Shown here one piece after another: positions 23,848-33,457 of a stretch of 64,000 bases of DNA. The stretch is taken from NCBI GenBank assembly GCA_964036045.1, contig OZ038378.1:59830001-59894000 (forward strand), given 5' to 3'. How positions within the stretch are numbered: the stretch's first letter is position 1; each line of letters opens with the position of its first letter. Below the pieces are notes generated by a model, which saw nothing but the letters and a program-made list of their open reading frames with translations, was not told the origin of the DNA and ran no database searches. The DNA comes from Eutreptiella sp. 'Long Island Sound 2002' (taxonomy: Eukaryota; Protista; Euglenida). Both the position numbers and the translations under genes were made by a program.

Positions 23848-26548
23848 ATGTCAGATGCAACCCCTGCTGAGGGTGCTGGTGCAATGTCACCTCTACCAAT
23901 GACACCGTCAACGAACGGGGGATTCCTAAGCCAGTCTCAGGATGTGACGGCATCACAGCCAGTTCCAGCGCCAGGTGGTAAAGAAGGCAAGAAAGACAGT
24001 ACACTGAAGATCAAGCTCGCGGACCACTGTGAAAAAAAGGAGGTGGAAATACCCTTGGAGAAACTGCGATGGGACGAGAAGATGCAGTTTGGGAAGATAC
24101 GAAAGTGGTCTGAGGATGAGGACCTGAAGGAGCGCCCGCCGACTACCCTTATGCGGATTGTAATATGGGGTGATGGAAGTATGCTGCCTTCTGTGCGCAT
24201 AGTTTGCTGTTTCGTTACCAATAACGTTCGTCGGTGCTGGTGCCAGCATCGCTTGTCCAAAATTGCCGTTGACTTTGATCATTTGTGACCGGGTGCAATA
24301 TCAGTTCGGATCTACTGGATGCTGTCTGGCCAGCACATAGTGGAGGCTGCTCGGCGCGTGAAACTGGAGCTGGAGAAGCGAAACTTGCCCCCTCCCCGAT
24401 GGTGTTCCCATTTCATGGCGACTGTTGTGCGGCCTGAGACCCCGTTGACCATTCGTGAGTCCCTGGCAGGAATCAGTCAAGCCAACCAGACAGCACGAGC
24501 ACCAACTTTGTGTGAGAGAGTTCAGCGAATGGTGGTGGAATACGAAAGGGATACCGAGGGGAACTTGACTGCCAGAGAGCACCTGACGAATTTGTGGGTG
24601 AAAGGTGGATTCAGCGCTCAAGATGGCACACTGGTGTGTGCCTGCCCGTCAGCACGTCCGTTTGTTTGTGGTTTCATCGCCCTGTCAACGTACTCCGCCA
24701 TCTGTTGCCCGGTGTGAATCCTGTGGTACCCCTTGTAGGCCAATATGATAAAGCAGTGGTCTCCTGTGGCTCTGTTGGTGAGAACTTGTGGACGTGAAGC
24801 AGCGTTTGCAGTGCAGATGCTGGAGGCCCGCGGTCATAGCATGACTGTGAATCAAATGCGTTGCTTCGAAGGACAGGTGCCCCCCGATATCCGGACAATT
24901 TGCAAGTTTATGGCTGACACAACCAATGGTGGAGCACAGCTCAAGAAGATGGGAAAGGGATTGAAACTGGATCGGTTATGGAGTTGGCATCTGTGTCATC
25001 CTGAGAACACTCTCACCCATGAATCTCGCCGTATGTTTGCCCTCCCATAAGGATGCATCTGCGGTGGCTGTTCGATTGCAATTTGTTGTGAGAGGTGCTG
25101 GGGCCAGCACCCATCGTTCGGAAATGCCGTTTTGGTGCCTGCAAACAATGGGGTCTCAAAGTTTGTACTATGATTGCTAAGGTGGACTGGGTGAACGAGA
25201 AAAGTGTGAATCCCTCCTGGCAAGCCGAAGTGACTTGTATTTCAAGACATACACGTGGCGTTGGACAGAAGAGGACCCTTTTCCACCGTGGAAATACGTT
25301 GTCAGTGCGCCGATTCGGAAGGATGTCAGCTATGTTGGTGTGCGAGAATCTTTGTCGAAACCACTGGTGTTACCAACCGTCCAGGCGAATCAGGACAATT
25401 TCTTCACCGTCGACCTGCACATGGGTGCCACTGAGGAGAATTCACAGGTCTGTGTGCTACCCCGGTTGCAAAGCGATTCACTGACGTCACTGCTTGGCCT
25501 TCACTCGGAACTTCACTTGGAACATGAATGTGTTGCAGTTGGAAAGGGACTCGGACGGAAAACTACTGGTGCTGCCAGCTGCAATTGGCTCGGCCATTCC
25601 AGCAGCAGTGGCTGGTATCTCTTTTACAATGGTGTACATTGAGCCCCCCCGTGGCTTTACCCTGGGCATCCATGCATTGGTCAGTACAGTGCTGCAGCGT
25701 GGCGTTCTTGTTGCTGTTGCCGGTGAGCCTAGTGATTGTCGTGGCATTGTGGACAGCCTTCGTGAACAGCACCAAGATACGGGGTTCTGTGCTATTAAGC
25801 TGTCAGTGTACCACCTCAACAAGAAGTCACCACAATTTACTATGGGGTGTACTGAAGTGAATCTTCTCTCGAAACATCCGCTGCCACAAAAGGTATCTAG
25901 ACCACACTGCGACCCTGGTTGTTCGGACACGCGCTCAAAAATCACAACAAAATGGACGTTTCACCTCGTTGCAGTTGGGGCCAGCTCCTTTCTTTGGAGA
26001 ATTGCTTTTTTCCCCCCTTTAAGGTGCCTCGATACATTACCGTGACGGATTTCCCAAGTGGGGGGTACCTGCCCGTGGAGATTGTTGGTTACTTGCTGAC
26101 ACTGGCTGGTGAAATGGTGGTGTACCAAGAAATATGGCGGCTGCTATTGTCCTCCTCCCACGCATTGCCCGGGGCCCTCACAGTTCGATTTCATATTCCT
26201 GTCAATGTGGTGGTTGGTATCCTTGGGGATACGGCAATTCAGGACTTTGTCACACATGCTGTTGCTCGATGCAAGGAAGCTGATGGCCTGCCGAATATTG
26301 ACTGGACTGGGGTGACAAATCAGATGCTCCATGGGGTACCCATTGATTGCAGGGGAAAATTCCGCAAGCTTGAGGACGTAGAACAGGGGGATGAGGATGA
26401 GGATGGAGAGGAAGTGGCCGAGCATGAAGCAGACCTGTTGGCCCAAAAGCCGAAGCCCAAAAAAACCGGTGCCAAGCGGAAGCAGGATGAGGAGAGCAGT
26501 AGTTCGAAACGTGCAACTCCAAGGAAGGCTACGAGCAATGGGGCATAG
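23848..26548 (+). CDS. Intact 6-exon gene (698 aa): ParB/Srx-like N-terminal domain, degenerate beta-class N6/N4 DNA-methyltransferase-like fold, acidic/basic tail. Exons 23848-24178, 24305-24633, 24739-25030, 25182-25447, 25539-25892, 26024-26548
   Basis: All five introns are GT-AG with consistent phases (1,0,1,0,0), giving a 2097-nt open CDS. ParB-like: EIPLEKL...GKIR...RIVIWGDGIRIYWMLSGQHIVEAARR. MTase-like: FTMVYIEPPRG (DPPY position, 25641), STVLQRGVL, YLPVEIVGYLLTLAGEMVV (KPxxL..YLI...GDxV position). No FxGxG motif. Confidence 0.8.
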
Positions 26549-27180
26549 CAGTCTGCGACTGGCGGGGAGAAGTCCAACAGTGAAGGCGCCGCTGGTGATC
26601 CTGCTGACACTGTGAAACCCAAATGACTTGGATTTACCAATTGGACTGCCCGAATCAACAGGGCTGCAGCAGCAAAGAAGTAATCATGTTTCTTGATCCC
26701 ATAAAGACTGGTCCAGTGCTTTGCACTACAGCGCTGTCAGTGTTCGTCTTGCACAGTCATGCACTTGTCCGTTGGTTTTGTTGTTACACAGCACTCACAA
26801 TAGCTCTGCTTGGTTTGCACCTACTATTTCTTTTTTTTCCTCAGGAAGTGCTGGCACCAGCTACTCTTTGCCCAATTGCTTGTCTTCATTGCCATTTTTC
26901 CAGGTGTTGGTGCTGGCCCCAGCGTGACTTTACAGCTTCCTGTTTACATGGTGCAATAAGCCCTACATGTGCTTTTCCTCCGATATCACACCTTCAATCC
27001 AGGAAATGGGAACTGGGTTCAATAGATGAAAATGAAAGAAACGTGTTTGAGACCCCCCAAAAAGGCCCTGTTTTTGTGCCTACAATAAGACACCATCAAA
27101 ATGAGCCCACAGACCCCCCCATCTGGTGCTGGCACCAGCACCAGACGAAGATGCTGGTCTGCCACCTATGCTGCCGTGAA

Positions 27181-27204
27181 GGTGGGCAGTTTGCGTGGCC
27201 TAAG
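27181..27204 (-). repeat. Right terminal inverted repeat (24 bp)
   Basis: Perfect inverse of 20638-20661, followed by the TSD AACTA. Confidence 0.95.
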
Positions 27205-28410
27205 AACTAGTGTGCACACACGCTTTCGGTGTATGCATCAATGTGAGTGAACCAAGATTGCACAAATAGGCAGCGGAATCTTTGAGTCCGGAGATCCTCT
27301 GAGGTTGTGAGTTGACGCCACGACTAGTCCCATGTGACTGCATTTGCACCGTGATATACATACGCTGGTATGAAGCAATCCCGTGGGTGGGGAACACATG
27401 GACCCTGGCCCCATGATAGCACATCCATAGCACAACGCGACTGGGGAATGACCCACGACGCCGCGAACCAATGAGAGGGCCGTTGACATCGTGCAGACGG
27501 AGGTGCAGAACCGAGAGCACATGGAAGTGATGCAAAGAAGGGGAGAGGGCTTCCATGGAGTGTGAGACCTGTGGTTATGGGTAGACGTGGTCATGGGTTG
27601 TGCCTTGTAGGAGATGGAGTTGGACGGAATTTCATTTGTCTGACGTGTTCTTGGAGGCGATGCATCATGTGTGAGATATATGAATGGTCTTCGATTACGC
27701 AAGAGGTCTAACATGCATTTATGTGCCCGATGTCTGGTATTTTTTTAGACGTTTGCATCTGAAGGAAGCCTTCACGTGCATGTTGCCCGTGCAAATGTAT
27801 ATGCTTAGTGCACATGTGTCTCGATGACTAGAAGTGTACATGTTGGGTATGTTTGATATGTGTGGTATGATGCAAATGCAAATGCAATATGTATTTGAGA
27901 GTCTTGCCAATTCTATTCGCCAATGGAGGTATCAACCTCCTCATTTTCTTTTGCAATGCGCCGACGCCCAAGTAAACCCCTGACCTCATTTCTTTTTGGA
28001 GCATTTGAGCAATCCGTTGCATAGGACATTTTCGTGCTACTCAGAACAACCACCTGGTCAATGTCAATAATGCTATTCACATTGAGTACATGTTGCCTAG
28101 TCAGTAATCAACTTGCACGCTGTCCGGGCACGGGTTGCCTGCGAGAGAGCCGCACAGGGCTGTTCCCATGTATAATTGACTGGAGTCTGACACTCGACGT
28201 TGTGAAGTGGGTCGCAAGAGCTCACGGCGAGTACAAAGTCCTTTGTTGCTGCTTCTTTAGACAAGCCTATTGATCGACTCCGTGGTGCTACTTTAGCTGC
28301 AGCTTGCCTCCCATGGGGAGGGGCCCGTGCTCGGGCCTGCGCTGCGTTGAGGCACATGTGCCTCCAACCGGTGGCCATGGGAATTTACCACGGCATTTCA
28401 AGCGAGAAGA
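27205..28410 (-). pseudogene. Helitron RepHel remnant, Rep C-terminal part
   Basis: Frameshifted motifs RGVVGHSPVALCYGCAIMGPGS, YQRMYITV and VNSQPQRISGLKDSAAYLCNLG resemble the Helitron2-type NGxVVxFxP..LGCN, Y..Y..K and EISA..AAAYL blocks. The segment is collinear with the HUH segment at 31.5-32.4 kb. Confidence 0.5.
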
Positions 28411-28414
28411 TTCA

Positions 28415-29238
28415 TTTGTAGGATGATCATCCTAAAAACCGCCCAAAAACGGCAACTTTTGGACACTAAATCGGCCGTAGAATGGGCTAGACGGCTCAAA
28501 ATGCAACGAAACTTGTTTGTTGTGACGCGTGTTGGCTCCCCCGTAGTTTTGAGTTACTTGGATGCCGGTGTTCAGCCACATGGCTGTCACAAAGACTTTT
28601 GGACCGCCTGCTGCTGCTGCTTGCTGCTGCTTGCTTGCTGCTGCTTGCTGCTGCTAAATTTGTGTTGCTCATCCTTGGACCCTAAGAAGGGGTGTAAAAC
28701 CTCGACGGGGTAAACCCAGCTCGTTAATCAACTCGAACTAGCAGTGAGCCGGGTCCTAGTCTTGCCTAACGCATTGGAAATCGCCCCGGAGGAAGGGCTG
28801 CTTGCTTTGGAGATGTGCGTCCATCGTGAGGACGATCGCCCTCACACAGGGCGCAAAAACGGCTCATGTTCACCTCAAAATGGACCACCGCGTGGAACCA
28901 CGGCATGGTACCTGCCTTATTGAACACCCATTTGCCATCACTTAATAGCCCAATCGCCATGGACGAACACCGGCCCTCATTGAAAACACCAACTTCACAC
29001 ACCTCCGATCGTGCTGAGTTTTCAGGATGATCGTACTAAAAGCAGCCCCAAAACGGCCATTTTTGGACACTAAATCCACCAAAGAACGGGGTAGACGGCT
29101 CAAACCGGCGCGGAACCTGTTTGTGGTGGTGCACGTTTCCTCTTCGGTCGTTTTGAGCTACTTGGATGCCGTTTTTGAGCCACGGTGTCGTTCCAAGGAC
29201 TTTTGGACCACCTGTTGCTGCTTGCTACTTGCTGCTCC

Positions 29239-29269
<31 letters not shown>

Positions 29270-31492
29270 TGCTAAAATGTGTTGCTCATCCTTGGACCAT
29301 AAGAAGTGGTGTAACACCTCGACAGGGTAAACCCAGCTCGGTAATCAAGACTCACGACTGGGACTGAGCCGGGTCGTAATTTCTCATTGGAAATCACCGT
29401 GGAGCAAGCCGGCTTGCTTTGTAGATGTTCCTCCACGGTCTGTACGATTGTCCTGAAACATGGCTCCAAAACGGCTTGTTTTCACCTTGCAAGTGCCCAC
29501 CCCGTGGCACCACGGCACGGAACACGCCTTATTCTGCACCCATTTGCATTCCTTTGATGGCCTGATCACTATGGAAGAGCAACGACCCTCATTGAAAACA
29601 CCTACGCGGCAGACCAACGGTCGTCCTAAGTTTTCAGGACGTTCGTCCTAAAAACAGCCCCAAAACGGCCATTTTTAGACACTACATAGGCCATAGAACG
29701 GTATAGACGGCTCGAAACGGCACGAAACCTTTTTTTGGTGATGCGCGCTTGGTCCCTGGTCGTTTCGAGCTACTTTGGTGCCGGGTTTGAGCCAAAGTGC
29801 CGTCGCAAGGACTTTTGGACGGCCTGTTGCTGCTGCTTGCTGCTGCTGCCGTTGCTGCTTGCTAAAATGTGTTGCTCACCCTTGGACCCTAAGAAGGGGT
29901 GTAAAACCTCGACAACGTGCACTTGGCTCCGTAATCAAGACTCAAACTAGCACCGAGCTAGGTCCTAGTCTTGCTTAACGCATTGGAAATCGCCCCGGAG
30001 GAAGGACCGCTTGCTCTGGAGATGTGCATCCACGGTGAGGACTTTTGTCCTGAAACACGGCTCAAAAACGGCTCATGTTCACCTCAAAATGGACCACCGT
30101 GTGGCACCACGGCATGGTACATGCCTTATTGAACACCCATTTGCCATCACTTGATAGCCCAATCACGATGGAAGAACACCGACCCTCATTGAAAATGCTC
30201 ACTTGACACACCGGCGATCGTCCTGAGTTTTCAAGAGGATCATCCTAAAAACAGCCCCAAAACGACCTTTTTTGGACACTAAATCGGCCATAGAGTGGGC
30301 CAGACGGCTCAAAATGCAAGTTTGTTTGTGGTGATGCGCATTTGCTCCCCGGTCGCTTTGGTCTACTTGGAGGCTCGTTTTGAGCCACGTTGCCGCCGCA
30401 AGGAATTTTGGATCACCTGCTTGCTGCTGCTGCTGGCTAAAATGTGTAGCTCATCCTTGGACCCTAAAGAGTGGTGTAAAACCTTGACAGGGTAAACCCA
30501 GCTCGGCAATCAAGACTCAAACTAGGACCGAGCTCGGTCCCAGTCTTGCGTAACGCATTGGAAATCGCTATGGGAGAAAGACCGCTTGCTTTGTAGCTGT
30601 GCTCTCAGAGTTAGAACAACTTTCCTAAATTGGCCCGAAAACGGCTCATTTTCACCTCAAAACAGACCACTGTGTGGCACCACGGCATGGTACATGCCTT
30701 ATTGAACATTGAGTTGCATTCCTTTGATAGCCCGATAGCTATGGAAGAACAACGGCCCTCGTTGCAAACGCCCACCTCACACACCGGCGATTGTCCCAAA
30801 ATTTGAGGGTGATCATCCTAAAAACAGCCCAAAAACAGCCAATTTAGGACACTAAATGGGCCATAGAACGGGCTAGAAGGCTCAAAAACGACATGGAACC
30901 AGTTTGTGGTGGTGGGCGTTTGCTCTCCGGTCGTTTTGAGCTACGCTGATGCCGGTTTTGAGCCACGGTGACAGAGCAAGGCCTTTTGGATCGCCTGTTG
31001 CTTGCTGCTGCTGCTTGCTGTTGCTGTTGTTGTTGCTTCTAAAATGTGGTGCTTACCCTTGGACTTGAAAGTGGTGTAAAACCTCCACAAGGTAAACCCA
31101 GCTCAGTATTGATGAGTCACGACTAGGACGGAGCTGGCTCCTAGTCTTGGTTAACGCATTGGAAATCACCGTGCAGTAAAGCGCACTTGCTTTGCAGATG
31201 TTCTTCCATGGTCAGTATGATCCTCCTGAAACATGGCTCCAAAACGGCCCGTTTTCACATTGCCACCGCCCACCCCGTGGCACCACGGCATGGCACAGGC
31301 GTTGTTCTGCACCCATTTGCATTCCTTTGATGGCCCAATCGCTATGGAAGACCAACGACCCCCATTGAAAACACCTACGCGGCAGACCAACGGCCGTCCT
31401 CAGTTTTCAGGACGATCGTCCTTACAAACCGTTCAAAAACGGCCGTTTTTGGACATCAAATCGGCCGTAGAACGGGCTAGACGGCTCAAAAT
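28415..31492 (+). repeat. ~600-bp tandem satellite (5 units plus ~80 bp) with variable (CTG)n tracts
   Basis: The marker aaaacagcccaaaaacggcc...ttttggacactaaatcggcc occurs at ~28435, 29039, 29651, 30248, 30820 and 31425. Confidence 0.95.
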
Positions 31493-31494
31493 GG

Positions 31495-32420
31495 CCGGTT
31501 TATTGCAACTGCCGCTTTATGGGGGTCATACAGCAATGGAGGCAAAAGTTGCTTTTCCTGTAGCATACGTGGGGCTTCAACCTTGTGCTTTACTCTCTGC
31601 TCATAATCCCGGTGAATGTGGGCACCCAAGCAGCGCATATTTGTTGATCCAACACCGCAGCAACGGCTTGCACAAGCTCGCTATTCCCCACAACCATGTC
31701 CAACAACCATGGGGGAACGCCACCCCAAAAGAGACGATGGAAATGGAGAGAGCCTCGGCCTTGGCACTCGTTGCATGTGCAATGGGCCACGGATGTGCCA
31801 ATTAGACCCTTCTTTCGGTTGCACACTGCACGGTCTTTCTTGGTTTGCTTGGAACTTGCAAGACCTAGCAAAACCTCCAAGAAATCCCGCACCTGTCGCT
31901 CAAAAATGTGTGCGGCCGCCACAGGGTTCTTGGATAGTGCTTCAAATCGCCGCGAAATCTCCGGCAATGGAATGCGGGCTTGGCGATCACCAATCGACAA
32001 ACATAAAGACAACTCGTTGTCTATATCATTTGGTGCAACCAAGTAGTAAGACTTGGAAGCCCAAAGAACAACATCATACTACTCATCTTGCGCATCACTG
32101 CAGACCGCTCCGAAGTACTGAAGGGCACTGCTGCATGGCAAATCCGCAACAAAGGCATAACTGTGTCCACAAGGTGTCGCGCTTCTTTTGCTTGGGGATT
32201 TGCTACTGCCTTCTTCAAATCTTCCTCAAGATTCGGTGTGTTGATGGCCGTGTCAAATGCCTTCATTTGATTGGGATTGGCATAAATGGAATCCCTAACG
32301 CTTCGCAATGTTCGCATGATGGGATGAAGAAGAGGAAGCTATGTTGCAGTCGGTTGCGGGCCCATCACCCGATGAGTTTACGGGATCAACGGTTGGCACA
32401 TCCCTTGCTTCGACTGTGAG
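31495..32420 (-). pseudogene. Helitron Rep (Helitron_like_N) domain remnant with HUH motif
   Basis: VPFSTSERSAVMRKMSSMMLFFGLPS / VAPNDID / SKNPVAAAHIF / GLIGTSVAH..NECQGRGSLHFHRLFWG. The E-x-QGRG-x-LH-x-H motif is at 31737-31769. Confidence 0.85.
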
Positions 32421-32439
32421 AGGGTTTTGGGAGCAAACC

Positions 32440-32880
32440 AAGATGGATAGATGTCCAGTTCAACCCGCAGCCAATTTAGAGAGTTGTGAGCCTTTGGAGG
32501 CCTTGGTGCGAGCTATCCTGGATGAGAAGGTGGACACCGCAGATATCGTGGCGTTGGCCAACGAGTGGCACCAAAAAAGTGGGAGTATGCGAGGACATTC
32601 ATTCTTGCGGGTGCTGTGGAGTGAGGGACTTCCAACAAGTGAAGGAAGTGGAGGTTTCCATGTAGGAACTTTTAAAGTTGGACGCCGGACAAATTTCATG
32701 CTACCGTGGGATTCCCATTGAGTATCGCAAGTACGCTGCGGTCTTTGAACAGGACAAAGGGCTATATTGGCTGCACCATGATCTTGCATCAAATGGTGTA
32801 GTGCAATTGTGTAATTCGTGCCATCGGAGTTTGTTCCATCTGAAAAAAGGTCAAATGCCACCGAATGCCATGGATGTGGG
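32440..32880 (+). pseudogene. Helitron RepHel N-terminal cysteine-rich region, inverted relative to the Rep remnant
   Basis: The frameshifted reading HSCGCCGVRD...YAAVFEQDKGLYWLHHDL..NGVVQLCNSCHRSL...KKGQMPPNAM resembles the Helitron2 N-terminal CxxC...LHPE...LCxxC..L....P region. Confidence 0.55.
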
Positions 32881-33457
32881 TTTGTACAAGCTGGACTTTG
32901 TGGAAGAAGGGCATATTCAGAGTGGGCAATTGGGCTTTCCCTTGCTATTAAACAAAGCATTGAAGTGGGGTCAAGAATTATGGATCCTGGGTTTCTAGAG
33001 GTTGGCCTTTGTGGAAGAAGCGCATGTTTAGAGTGCGCAAGCAGGCTTTCCCTTGTTGCCGATCAAAGCATGGAAGTGAGGTCAAGAAGCATAGATTTGG
33101 GGTTTCTCCGAGTTGGATTTTGTGGAACAAGGGCGTGTGGAGAGTGCGCAAGTGGCCTTTCCCTTAACGTTGAACAAAGCATTGAAGTACGGTCAAAAAG
33201 CAGGCATTTGGGGTTTCTCCTCGTTGGACATTGTGTGAAAATGGCATGCTCATAGTGGTCAAGTGGGCTTTTTCTTGCTACCGAACAAAGCATTGAAGTG
33301 GGTTCGAGAGGCATTGATCTGGGGTTTGTACAAACTTGACTTTGTGGAAGATGGGCATGTTCTGATTGGGCAAGTGGGCTTTTCCTTGCTGCTGAACAAA
33401 GCATTCAAGTGTGGTCGACAAGCATGGATTCGGGTTTCGCACACGTTGGACTTTGTG

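Larger units (their letters stand above)
20638..27204 (+). mobile_element. Complete 6,567-bp cut-and-paste DNA transposon (Academ/DUF6589-like transposase plus cargo gene), 24-bp TIRs, 5-bp TSD
   Basis: The left end 20638-20661 (CTTAGGCCACGCAAACTGCCCACC) is the exact reverse complement of 27181-27204 (GGTGGGCAGTTTGCGTGGCCTAAG). AACTA is duplicated at 20633-20637 and 27205-27209. The element contains a transposase-like gene and a second spliced gene. Confidence 0.9.

Noticed and set aside
20640-27202. TA (or TTA/TAA) TSD with GGCC termini, i.e. a PIF/Harbinger or ISL2EU element
   Set aside because: The left TTA and right TAA are not identical. The 5-bp AACTA duplication restores the interrupted reading frame, and the transposase lacks Harbinger motifs.
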